A stretch of DNA of 64,000 nucleotides from Adineta vaga (taxonomy: Eukaryota; Animalia; Rotifera): NCBI GenBank assembly GCA_021613535.1, contig CP075494.1, forward strand, positions 1,116,001 through 1,180,000. Reading direction: 5' to 3'. Both the position numbers and the translations under genes were made by a program. This document shows positions 47,672 to 60,900 of this stretch, piece after piece. The number at the start of each line of letters is the position of its first letter. The stretch's first letter is position 1. The notes under the pieces were generated by a model. The model made no database searches. It was given only the letters and a program-made list of their open reading frames with translations, and had not been told where the DNA came from.

Positions 47672-49989
47672 CCCTAGTCCTCCCAACATGGGTCATTTTT
47701 GACCCAGACATAAAAATTTAGAAATGCAGTATAATATTTTGATAGTTTCGGGTTTAAAGGAATATCTATCATCTATTATGAACATAGAGCTGTTGCATAG
47801 TCTGAAATAAAACTCATTTTCCCTAGTTCATCTCATTTCAAGTCTTCAATACAATATAGTACAATTTCATCAGTATTGAACATAATACTAGGTACAAGAG
47901 CAAATTAAATTTTTGGATAAAATCTAAGACTCATACATCATTTCTACTGTATATTTATCCCCAATCTGCTTAGAGATATTTATTGATTGGACTTTGGACT
48001 ATCCAGTTATGATGATATATGATTCACCTGATTAGATTATGAATCGAAAATATCCATCTATCATCTAGTATCTTTCCATATTTTTATTTTCCAGATTCAG
48101 ATTTCTTTTCGTATTATAAAAAACGATCATGAACAATCGAATTGAAGAAGATAGTGAATCTGACGATGTTAACGACGAACAAAGTGGTTCAGAGATAGAA
48201 AATGATGAAAGTCAAACAACAGACGCTGATGATGAAATCGATTTAGAAGATCTTAAAGTATCAGGCGATTCTACACGAAAAAGCTCATACACTTCGAAGT
48301 CCGGGATGATCTGGTCGTCGATTTCATCTACCTCAACGAAAACAAAACCATTCAGTGGTAATATCGAGAAATCTGGACCAACCAAACTTACTGAAAATAT
48401 CGCATCTATCGAAGACGCATTCATTTGTCTTATGTCGGAAAAAATCTTGCAGAAGATTTTGATTTATTCAAATATGGAATATGAACGAAACATCAAATTA
48501 GATGAGAAAGAAGAAATAACAATGCTGGAATTGAAAGCTTCTATTGGGCTATTATTGCTCGCTGGTTTATTAGGAAGATCAAGGTCAGATTTACATTCCT
48601 TATGGAGAACAAGTCCTTTGGAATCTCCAATATTTAAAGCTACTATTTCAAAAAGCCGCTTTGACAAAATTATTGCGTGCCTTAGATTTGATGATAAAAG
48701 TACAAGAGAAGAGAGAAAAAAAGCAGATAAATTTGCAGCAATTCGTGAAATCTGGTTAGATTTTCAAGATAAATTAAAAACATGCTATACACCGGGACTT
48801 AACATTACCATCGATGAACAATTACTAGGATTTCGGGGAAAATGTCCATTTCGTCAATTTATTCCTACGAAACCTGACAAATATGGATTAAAGTTCTGGC
48901 TATGTGTTGATGCAGAGTCGTATTATGTGTTAAATGCATTTCCTTACATTGGACGACAGCCCGGTCAAGAAAAACAAGCACACGTAGGTGAAAGTGTGGT
49001 TTTAGAATTGCTCAGGCCATTTTATGGTTCAAACAGAAATGTTACAAAGGATAATTTCTTTACAAGTGTTCCATTGGCAAGAAATCTTCAAACAAAGAAT
49101 CTTACGCTTATAGGAACATTACGAAAAAATAAACCAGATATACCTATAGAATTTCTATCTAGTAAAATTCGTGAAATTGGTTCTTCACTTTTTGGTTTTG
49201 AAGATAATTTAACTTTAGTTTCCTTCGTGCCGAAAAAAAATAAAGCTGTCTTATTACTTTCTTCAAAACATCACGATAATCATGTGGACAATAAGACTGG
49301 AAAACCAGTTATTATTTTGGATTATAATAAAACCAAGGGAGCTGTTGATACTGTCGATCAAATGTGCCACAAATATACAGTAATAAATATTTTTAATTTT
49401 GTCATTTGTAGGTAAAAAGAGGTACAAAGCGATGGCCGCTTTGTATTTTCTACGGCATGATAGATATGGCGACTCTAAATGCTTTTGTCTTATGAAAATC
49501 GAAAAATCCGGTTTGGAATGAAAATAAAAGATATCAACGACGATTATTTTTAGAAGAACTCGGACTTAGTCTAGTAACACCTTTATTGGATTTTCGTTCA
49601 AAAACCTCAAATTTTCTACATAAACATATACAAAATGCTTTGCTTATTGTTGGTCATCCTGTATCGAAAAGAGATTCACAAAAATCAGATGAAGATTCTG
49701 CACAAAGCAAACGAAAACGATGTTCAATATGTGAAACATCTAAAGACAGAAAAACTTCAAATAAATGTTATAATTGCTCTGCATTTGTTTGTAGTGAACA
49801 TTGTGTAAAGTAAATTTTCTGTATTAATTGTTCTAAATAAAGAACTAACATACTGTCAGTATTTTTCTATCAAGCTCGATATAAGAGTAGCACCCTTTTG
49901 ACAAGATAGTAACCTTAAAATCGAGAAAATCATTTTACAGAAGCGTAAATTGCTATTTTAGTGCGTAAAAGAGCACGGGAGGACTAGGG
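47672..49989 (+). mobile_element. Full-length piggyBac with nonsense mutations
   Basis: TTAA TSDs, 13-bp TIR CCCTAGTCCTCCC; transposase from 48129 (TIDEQL, DNFFTS, GAVDTVDQ, C-terminal Cys-rich domain); intron 49380-49411; stops at 49493 and 49811. Confidence 0.95.
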
Positions 49990-50413
49990 TTAATGATTAT
50001 TATTGTAAATTCCTCAGATGTTGTCCTTCTATTCACGAAGATAGTTTATAATTTGAACACGAGATAATCCGAACGACATTTTTGAATTTAACAATGCATA
50101 AAAAATTCAATTAAATCGTAATTTATAATGAAGAAAAAAGAAACCCTTATTTTATATCACGTTAGAAAACTAAAAGTACAAAATATATTCTATTCAATTC
50201 TCTCTTAAATGACATAGGTCATTATATTTTCGAATAACATAGATTCAATTAAGAATGTTCTTTAGAAATACTTATTTTTAAAATTTCTTCTATGCTATCT
50301 TTCATCATAAAAAAACAACGTCCTTTTATTTTCTATCCTTTTTTTCTATTAAAATATCAAAGGATTGTAATCTATATTGAAAAAAAGCAAAAATTATTTT
50401 ATTTTAGTATACA

Positions 50414-51346
50414 ATGTCTGCAACTATCTTTCCATTTATTCAACAAATTATAACTCAATATTTGATCAGTGTTAATTTTATTATGGGTCTTATTGGTAAT
50501 ATCTTTTGTTGTATTTTATTTTTTAAACAATTTCCAACTCGATCAGCATCTTCTATCTATTTTTTTACTCTATCTCTTTTTGGTAATATATATCTTATTT
50601 GGTCTATTATACCAATTTTCTATGCACTTAATAATACAGATTTACAAATCATATCATTAATTTATTGTAAAATGCGTTTATATTTAAGTCATGTATTTGG
50701 TTTATATACACGTTATTCAATTGTATTTGCTTGTATTGATTTATATTTTATTACACATACAAATATTCGAATTCATTCTTTTAGTTCCATGAAAATAGCA
50801 TTTCGTTTAATTATTTTAATGTGTATTTTTGGTTTAATTATAGGATCACATATATTAATATTCTTAGATATTCGTGCAAATGTATGTGGATTATTTGATT
50901 TTTATATATTCTTTTATCCAATATATCAATTCATTACAATTATTGTTCTTTCATCAATATTAATGAGTATATTTGGTTTTCTTGCTGTACGTAATGTACG
51001 ACAACGACAAATTGGTGTAGGACGAATAAAACGAAAAGATCGAGATTTAATGCGAATGTTAATTGCTGAAATTCTAATTAATATTATTGCATCAATACCT
51101 TTTGCAGCTAATCTTCTTTTTAATGCGGCAACATCTTCTACAATAAATAAAACAATAGAACGTATTCAAATCGATGCATTTATCAATTTCTTTTCTCAAT
51201 TTATGATTCAATTTATTTTCATTTCTCCATTTTATCTATTTATTATTTCATCAAAATCATTTCGACGTGAATTCATACAATTAATACATAAATATTTCAG
51301 ACGAAAAAATCGCGTAGCTCATATCAATCGACTAACTATGAACTAA
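50414..51346 (+). CDS. Class A 7TM GPCR, intronless
   Basis: GLIGN, YCKMRLY, ACIDLY (DRY variant), IPF, PFYLFIISSKSFRREF; same family as 20809. Confidence 0.88.
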   Translation: MSATIFPFIQQIITQYLISVNFIMGLIGNIFCCILFFKQFPTRSASSIYFFTLSLFGNIYLIWSIIPIFYALNNTDLQIISLIYCKMRLYLSHVFGLYTRYSIVFACIDLYFITHTNIRIHSFSSMKIAFRLIILMCIFGLIIGSHILIFLDIRANVCGLFDFYIFFYPIYQFITIIVLSSILMSIFGFLAVRNVRQRQIGVGRIKRKDRDLMRMLIAEILINIIASIPFAANLLFNAATSSTINKTIERIQIDAFINFFSQFMIQFIFISPFYLFIISSKSFRREFIQLIHKYFRRKNRVAHINRLTMN

Positions 51347-51678
51347 ATAATATATTGTGTCGATATAGATATCATTTCATAATATCGATCTGGTTCTATA
51401 AGTTGATCCATATCGAGTACCACATCGTCAAGTGCCAATAAAATTAGTCGAATGATTATCTTGGATCAACACATTGTACTCGAAAAATATTATTGATCAT
51501 AAAAAGAATTTCTTCTTCGTCTGTACAGGAAGAAGATGATTAGTAATCATCATTGTTATGAAATAATGATACAACATTCTAATTCAAATTTGTAGAAAAA
51601 AATAATAAATTGATCGAAATGAGTTTGTTGATTGAAGTTCGAATTCGATTTACTTTATCTTTTGATATCCATTGACCA

Positions 51679-51727
51679 TCTTGAGGATGTGGGTGTAACG
51701 AACAATTACCTGTTTACCCACACCCAT
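51679..51727. repeat. Telomere-repeat palindrome (dispersed family)
   Basis: TCTTGAGGATGTGGGTG-spacer-TACCCACACCCATC. Confidence 0.8.
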
Positions 51728-52088
51728 CGTGGGTATATATATAGGGGTCACATTTGACCAAACTTATGGATTATGGTGTAATACAGTGGCAATTTGGTGA
51801 AGTACGGTGGAATATTCTATAGTTTGTGTATTATCTGGTTGGTTGTTGAGTTAGAATTGTTGATGTTTGCAGAGATTGCCATTTTTCCGACAAGAAATGA
51901 TCGGTTCCTACCGGATAGACAGGATATCTGATGTTTTCCGGTGATCGGTATCCTCTGAAACACGACTTTTTCCTGTCGGATCGAATCATCTGGGTAGGTG
52001 CATAGATAATAAAAAATATCACATGAGAAAAGAATGTAAATAGTTTTAGTTTATTTTGATAAATGACAAACAAGAAAAAAACGAAGAT

Positions 52089-53884
52089 TTATTTCAATGG
52101 ACTCCATTCTATATAGATCTGATTGAGTAAATGTTTAATCGTAAAATTTGAAAGTAATTTTTCATTATTGATCATATTTTGAATCTGTTGAATAATAGAA
52201 TCATCTGTTGTTGTTGTATTTAGATGTATTAAACATAATGCATGAAGATGATAAAGATGAATTTTCTTGAGAAGAATTTGTAAAAATAATTGAATATTCA
52301 TGATATTAATTTTTTCAATTCGAAAATATTCCATATAAGGACAAAGTGTAAACAAGAAATTCAATTCTTCCAGATGATTTATTTCTTCTAGATATACTTT
52401 AGTAATTTGACTTGTATCTTTCATTGAACATAATGTTAAAATATCGGTAGAAGTTATATCTAATGTTTCATCTATTAATAATGAATGAATTTTTAATATT
52501 TTTAAATTAGGTAAAAGTTTCATTGATTGAATTAATAATGATATAGAAATATTCTTTTCAACAAATACTAAATAATAAATATTTGTTATTCTTAAAACAT
52601 GTTTAATTTGTATGAACAAATCATTTTCACGTATATTTTCGAATGCTAAATAATTCATTGTTGAATGTTCAATAGTACATTTAGGATAATGATACCATCG
52701 ATCTCTAAAAAAAAACAATGATCGTGAAGATTCATTTTTGAAATACAAATGATGTTTTTCTACCTGAATGGATAAATTGAATATTGAATATTCTTATGAT
52801 TAATATCAATTCCAAATAACCATTTTCGTTCGATCCAAAACGATGAAGAAAATTCATTTTGTTTTCCTGTAAATATTGCGTTATCAGTATCACCATCATA
52901 GAAGAAATGAAATTTTTCTAATTGAGGAAAATAATTTGAAATGAATTGTTCCCATCGATATGCACAAAGATAATTCATATCATTTGATGTAATAATTGTT
53001 AAAATATTTAAATTTGTAGTTAATTTCTGACAAAAGTTTTCTAAATCATCAAATTTTATATCCATTAAATTAAAATAAAGTGATTGAAGATAATTTAATT
53101 CAACCGATGAAATTTGTACTTGAGAATTAGTTGTTGTTGTTGTTGTTGTGATTGTATAAGCAGTTAAACGACGAAGTTTTGGTGTTGATGATAATAATAA
53201 TTCGAGTTCATTTAACGAAATTTTATGATTAATAACAAGATATTCAAGAGGACTAAATTGTTGTTTTGAAATCATTGAAATATTTGATAAATGAAATGTT
53301 TCACTGGAAAATCGCATATAGGTTAATTTTGATAAGAGTAATATGAATCGATAGATTTCATTGATATTTTCATGTATAATTGATGTTTGAATTGTTAATG
53401 AAGAAAGTTTTGGTAAGATAAGTAAATTATTCAAAACTGAAAGGATTGTATCTGATTGAATATTTCGAAAAGAAATCGATTGAAGACAATGAAATGATGA
53501 ATGAAATAAGAATGAAGAAAAAAAGAAACTTTTTTCTAAGAAAAATTCAATAGATAATGAAATGATTTGACGATAATTTGTTGACATAAAATTTGTGAAA
53601 GAATTTAAAAAATAATCATGTTCAATTAATATAAATCGAGTTTTTAATAATAAACTTGGACAATGAAGAAGTTGTTCAAATCGATTATTTAAATTTGAAA
53701 ATGATTTCAATAATTTATATCCATCAAAATAATCAAATATTTCATATAATAAATCATTTGATAAATCTTCGAATGAATTTTTTCTTTGTTCTATTTTACA
53801 TAAAGATGACTTACTGCAAAATTTCTTGGATTTTTCTTCGAAGAAATATTCACTAGATAACGTTCGTTTATTTGTTTTATTCAT
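52089..53884 (-). CDS. F-box + LRR-like protein, 2 exons
   Basis: FEDLSNDLLYEIFDYF..SFSNLNNRF F-box; LRRs; WEQFI..FSSSFWIERKW. Intron 52763-52705 is in frame. Confidence 0.85.
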
Positions 53885-54052
53885 ATCTAATATATGAAAT
53901 CATTTCTTCATTTCAATTGTACATATTTATATACTTATCCGTAGACAATATAGACAATGAAATGCAAAAGGCTGTTGCTAGTCTGTTTTATTTGACCTTT
54001 CTCTATAGTCAAATGAATTGTTTTGCTAATTTTAGACATTATTTTGAATAGT

Positions 54053-56054
54053 TCAATCTTGAGGGTGTGTGTGGATAGAGATTGAATCGAGGTGTGCTTG
54101 AATTTCACGTACTTCAAAATGACCATCGGAAAATGTCTTTTTCAAGATTTCAATAGCCATATTTGCATGATAAATAGCTTCATTCCATTGATTCAGTTTT
54201 GTATATACTTTAGAAAGATTGTAATGAATATTACCAGTTGAAGGATGATCAGGCAACAAAGATAATCGTCGTACATCGAGCGATTTATTTAAATAATCAA
54301 TAGATAAATAGAAATCACGTTTGTCAAAGTAAAGAGATCCGATATTTTGATATATATTAGCTATATCTGGATGTGTTGATGGAAATCGAGTGAGTGCAAT
54401 ATCCAATGCCTTTTGAAAATAAGTCAGTGCTTTATCATAATTATTTTGGAGTTTAAACACAGATCCTATGTTATTCATATATAATACTTTACTATGATCA
54501 TTTATTGTTGGTGATCGTTCAGCGATTCTCAGTGCTCTTCCGTATAATTCTAAACTGTCTTCAAGCATATCACTTCGTAGAAAGACTTCTGCCATACCAG
54601 CATACACATCAGCAGTCAGTGCTGGATTACGACCATCGTTAAATTGCATTGCTATAGCTTGTTGAGAGGTCGCGTGACCAAAGTCACCCAAGTGACAATC
54701 TATTCGAGAAATGTAATGTGAAATCTGAAGAATCTCGTCCAGAGGATAAGCTATACCAAGTAATTGTTGATAAATCTCCTTGGCTTGCTTGAATTTCCCC
54801 ATTTGATATAATAAATGAGCAAGACGATGTATAGAAGTTCGTCCTTCAATCTCTTTTCTTCGATGGTCAATTAGTTCATATAGATTTTGATCATGAATAC
54901 TTGTTAAACTTAGATTAACATGATATAAACCATCATCTTCTACAGTAACGCGATCTATACGAAAGATTGTATGTGTAGAAAACAAAATTTCATTTTCTGA
55001 TGCAAACTGAGAATATTCCTCAATTGATGTATATGGACTTGACGGTATTTCAGGGTTAATTTCAATTTCAAATAATACACTATTACAATCTTGCCGTGAA
55101 CTATTAGTATCTGCAAACATCTGTGAGATATTTCGTGTAGTACTTGTTGATAGAAAACAATTAAATGATATAAAACCACCAATATTAACTTCGAGCTTTT
55201 CACATTCGGTTTTAGTTAGACTAGAAAATACAAAGAGTATCAAACGTAAAAACTAATGAATTGAGAGAAATCTTTTTTCGACACTTACCCTTGTCCACGA
55301 TAAACGGTGAATCGTTCTTTGTTTTCTGCCTTGGAATGTAATCCTTCTATTTGTTTATGAAGATCACCAATAAAGAATGTTAGTTTTAGAAGTAGATCGA
55401 TATCTACTGTACGTAAAGCTCGATTGACTGTATCATAAACGAATGGATAAGCAGAATACCAATAAATCGGAGTAAATTTGTCATAACTAGTATTAAATTT
55501 ATTATCTATTGTTTTATTGGAAAAGTGTTCATATAATCAGCGCTAATACTTGATGGTCCAATGATATCAATCATTGTAAAATAATTAGGATCAATAATTT
55601 CTTTAAGACATTCAATTAAGAGATGAATATCTGTAAAAACACCTTTGATTTTCGGATAATTTGTTGACCATTGTTTATATTGATAGATATCATTACGAAA
55701 TACAAAAATAAAATCAATTTGAGAACAATTTTCAATCAATGGTATTATATTTTTCGCGTAAATACCATCAATGATTAAGAGAAGTTTTTTTGTTTGATGG
55801 TTGATTTCCGTTAAAAAGTCGATACAAACATTTGAATCATTAAATGTATAAATATTACTAGTTAGATGTTGAAAGTTATTGAAAGAGTGTTGATAATCAT
55901 CTTCGGTTTCATCATAATGTGCATGTAACCAAATAAGAATGATTTTTTGTTTGTATTCATCAGAATGTCTACAAAATGAATTCAATTTAAATAATGATGA
56001 TACTGATTGACTTTGAGGATAATCATGGTTAACGATGAATATAGAATCATCCAT
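54053..56054 (-). pseudogene. ART + TPR gene with an internal frameshift/deletion near 55510
   Basis: N-terminal receiver-like domain (LIWL..CIDFL..QIDFIFVF), then a frame break, WYS..VNRALRT..TVYRGQG, intron 55288-55221, FLSTS..FASENEILFSTHTIFRI and TPRs. The last codons HTHPQD* are supplied by a telomeric half-site. Confidence 0.8.
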
Positions 56055-57659
56055 TTAATTCAAAAGAATATTGATATTTTGGTAGTATTCTGCTTTGTTT
56101 ACTCGTATATAATGTAGTCAGAAAATTTAATGAAGAGTGAAAGACGGCCGAGAAAAAGAACGGAAGGAATATAATTTTAATATTATATTTCTCTTTTTTC
56201 CTTTTTCTTTTCATGAAACAGAAACGTATCTCATTGCCATTAAGAACAATTCACAAAAAAGAATAGATTTTTCTTGGCAGACTGTCAAAGACAGCGAGAA
56301 TGATTGTTTTTCGAATTAAAAAAAGAATGGGTGTGGGTGTCGTTGTTGTCTTAAAAAACAACCCCAAAATGGTATACGAGAATCAAAATATCTTTTTTGG
56401 AATTCTCAAGACGAATTATGGTTAAAATTTGTTTTTCATGAAAATTTGTTTCATTGAAAACGACTTTTACATGAAAGAATTCTCCAATAAATAAAAAGTA
56501 ACGCTCGTCGTGCCGACTCATTTTACCCTCGACTGTGGAAGACAGGTATTTTCTATGTGTGCCAATAGTGAGACGAATTGATCTGGCAACTTTATATACA
56601 AAGAAATGATTTAAATTTTTTTCTCACCCTCACCCACGCTTTATCACCCACTTTCACCCACCCACACGCGCACCCACCCTCTAGTAATGCCAGAGTTTCC
56701 TTTTTAACTAGCCTGTGCTCTTTTCAATTAAGCATAGTCGTTTAGTATTCGAAGCACTGATTGCTAAGAATGAACAAAACTAATTGATTGTATATCGATT
56801 TTTTCTTCGACTAATCAAATACAAGTAGTTAAAAATTCGGGATGGCTGTGATTGCAAATGAATAGAATAAGCACTCACATCCACCCTCAATTCAAGATTC
56901 TTTCATGAAAAAACTAATGTGCATCATAGTATATTACACTCTTAAGACATTTATGGGTGAGGAGACGTTTGTTGTGTATACACGAGAAATTTTGTTTTCA
57001 CTCTCTTAGGAAAAAGACGAAACGCTTTTTCTTTCCTTCCATTTTTCTCCAGAAAAAAAATAAATAAAAGTATCAGTATGATATGCTTATTTCTTTGTGC
57101 TCCTGTGTGACTAAGATTGACAGTATTATATTTTTTGAATTCAGCACCGCCTCGTTGCCTTCGATTCCATCTGTTACAAAAAAAGCGCTGCTCTATGCAT
57201 CATTCTTATATGAAAAAAGAAGAAAGATTCTTCATCTGCTGTTTTATTGTTTTCAAGTTACCCCTTTGGCATCAGATGGTGATGTAATTCTTTTCTCATT
57301 TTTCTCCTATATACGAGAAATATTCTTTGGTATTCTTTTTTTTCAAACATCGTCACGCCGAAGTATTTTGCAGCATAACAGCTCATTTCATTTTTTTATT
57401 TTCCTTGATGGTACAGTAAGTGAAATTAGTCAATACTAGTTGCTTCGGAATTTTGCAAAACGTTTAAGGACTCCATAAATTGGAAACGTAGAGTGTTACA
57501 ATGATTTTAATAACATTAACATCTAAACAAAATATATCGCTTTTTCTACCTACTAGACACTTAGTTTATTTTATATTCTTTTTATATTAACAGTATCAAG
57601 GAAAATAAAAGAGTTACAGTGTTTATTAACTCTCCATTAGAACGATCTGATATGATGAT

Positions 57660-57753
57660 ATGTGTGGGTGTGGGTGAGTCTGTAGCTGGGTGTGTCTGTC
57701 GCGAATATGATATTGCAGCACGCACACCCACACCCACACCCACACCCGCACCC
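57660..57753. repeat. Telomere-repeat palindrome, long-armed
   Basis: TGTGTGGGTGTGGGTGAG..GGGTGTG-spacer-(CACACC)x4 CGCACCC. Confidence 0.85.
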
Positions 57754-57929
57754 TAATAGCAAAAAAAATCTATATTGATAGTCAACAATTTAATTTTATG
57801 TATTCTTCATTATCCAAGACAAAACAACCAGAACTATTTGATGGAAAACAATATGAAGAAATATTATTGAAAAAACTTTATTAAAATTATCGAGATACAT
57901 ACAATTCAATAGTTAAATTATCTCAGGAA

Positions 57930-60900
57930 ATGGAAAATGATATCATAAATAATGCTCCTTCTATATTTCCACATAAATCAACTTTTGAACAGTGTTCACA
58001 TATTACCGATTATCCTCGTACTAGTTTAGTAAGGGGTTTATATAATAGTGGAGATGTAGATCTTGTTGATCAAGTGATAACGAAATGGTTACCTTTATCG
58101 CGATGGTTGTCAGAAGGTTGTTGTTTGAGAGATATTTGGATTGGATTATTAGGATTAGCAGATCGTCTCAAAGCACAAGCAACAGGAACCCATACAGATG
58201 ATATTCAACGTTTCGAATGTTTAATAGATTTTCTACATTATATTTCGAAACAATGTAAAATTAAGCCCTTTCATTTGCAACTACTGAAAACACAACTCAA
58301 AGCACCAAATATTTCGTTAAGATCTATTTCCATTCCTCAATTTATTAACTATGAAAACATCGAACAAATCTCTGTTAATATCGATAGTATGGATTTTATA
58401 AATCGTAAGAAAAAAAAAGATTGGAACATAATTAAACAAGAAGTGGAAAATTGTTTTACTGAAAATCGTAGTTTTCAGAATAGCAATAAATTAGTAACAT
58501 CGACAGAAGCAGCTGGAATCAATAATTTATTAATATCTTGGCAAAATAACAAAAAACTTCGATCGTTTTTAAAAACTCTTAAAAATCTTTTCTATTCTAT
58601 CCAAATAGAACAATTTGATATAAAAGTTTCATATATTTCTCAACAATTTCAATGTGAATCATTTCAAGATCACTATCAAATACGATTAAATCCTTCAAAT
58701 AAATCAATCGATCCAGATTTCTTATCAAAAGCAGAATCAAAATTTCATCAATGTTATCAAGGTCATTTTATTAAATCATTACATACTTCTCGTAGTATTA
58801 TTCGACAACAAGTTGATGAATTTCCCGAAGATATATTTTCATCTATCAATGATCAAAACAATGCATTAAGTGAAATAGGTCATTATTTTAAAAATCAATT
58901 AGCTAAAAGTTGGCAAAAATTTCGTTTGGATAAACCCATTGAACAAAAAGATCCTACAATTGAAGAACTCATTGAATTACTTAAATCATTTAATAAGGAA
59001 TCGATAGAAAGTTGGAAATTATTAGAAGAGTCTCTTACAACATCAAATAAACAATTATTTCAATCAGGTTTAATTTCACGAATTACACCAACAATTCTTA
59101 TTCCACTTTTACAACAAAATATCGATATTCTTATATTAAACAATGAACAACGTACATTATTAGGTGGTATTCTTGTTAATTGGACATTACAACAACAATT
59201 AGAAAGAACTTTACATTTTGCTAATCATAATAAATGGGATGAATTTAAAAAAGAAATTTCAACTATACCACATTCAAATTGGAAACCATCAGATTATATA
59301 TCTTGGTTAATTCTTGAATTAGAAATGAATATAACAATACGGGAAATACAAATCGATGTTGCACAACATATGATGCAAATAAATAATTCAAATTCAAAAA
59401 GTTTTGTTATGCAAATGAATATGGGTGAAGGAAAAACATCCGTTATTTTACCAATGTTAACACTTAATTTATCTTCATCAAATTCAAGTTTAGTTCGTAT
59501 TATCGTACTTAAATCATTATTTCCAACAAATTATCAATCACTACGATATAAATTAGGTGGTTTATTAAATCGACGTGTTTTTCCATTTTCATGTCGTCGT
59601 GATATGAATTTTAATAATGAACAAACACAATTAATTTTCCATCGTTTTCAACAAGGATTACATAATTGTGATGTTATATTAACATCACCTGAAGATATAC
59701 TTTCATTTGATTTACTTACTTTAGATAAATGTCGACGAGAAGAATATGATATTAGTCGTTCAATATTAATCATGCAAAGATGGTTAAAACAATATATTCG
59801 TGATGTTTTAGATGAATCAGATGAAATATTACATGTTAAATATCAATTAATTTATACAATTGGTGGTCAACAACAAGTCGATGGAGGTGCTGAACGATGG
59901 AAAACTATTCAATCCATACTTTTATTAGTTAAAAATCATGCAGAAGATATTGCAAGAAATTTTAATGAAGATGTTTGTTATAAATCTTCGGAACGAAAAA
60001 GTTCATTTCCACAATTTCGTTTACAATCACAGAAACCATTTTTATTTCTATGTAAAAAATTAGTTAATGATTGGCTTAATAATCGATCTTATCGAGAATC
60101 AGAAAAAGAAAATATTCGAGAATTTATCTTACAATCTGATCTTTGTGTTGATGAATATCTTAAAGACTATTCATCACTTGATATTCAATTATTTCTTATT
60201 ATTCGTGGGCTTTTATCATCAGAAGTTTTATTCGTTGCGTTAAAAAAACGTTATCGAGTTAATTATGGAATTAATCCTAATCCTAATTTTCATCCTTTAT
60301 TAGCTGTACCATATCGTGCCAAAGATGTTGCAGCTGATCGAACAGAATTTGGTCATCCAGATGTTGCATTAGTTTTAACACATCTGACATATTATTATTC
60401 GGGTTTAAATCATTTACAATTAACACAATGTTTTGATCGTTTAAATGATCATGAAAATGATCCCGCATCTATTTATGATCAATGGATTACATTTGATGAT
60501 ACAGATAATATACCAATTAGTATTCAACAATGGAAAGGTGTTAATTTAAAAGATTATCAACAACGAACTCAATTTCTTTTTCCAATATTACAATATAATA
60601 TATTAGTTATTAATTATTTTCTAAATTATTTTGTATTTCCTCGTGAAGCAAAACAATTTCCATATAAATTCGTTTCATCTGCATGGGATTTATCATCATC
60701 TCTACGATCAAACATTATTACTGGATTTAGTGGTACAAATGATACTCAATTATTACTTCCAATTCATATTCATCAAAATGATCTACCTGAATTAGAAAAA
60801 ACTGATGCAATTGTTGTTAATAATTTATTAAAAGTTGAAAATGAAAATTATCAATCCTTAACAATTAATGCATCAACAGATGAAATTTTAAATCAAATTA

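Noticed and set aside
57083-57439. 118-aa Phe/Ser-rich ORF
   Set aside because: Composition reflects T-rich non-coding DNA; no domain.
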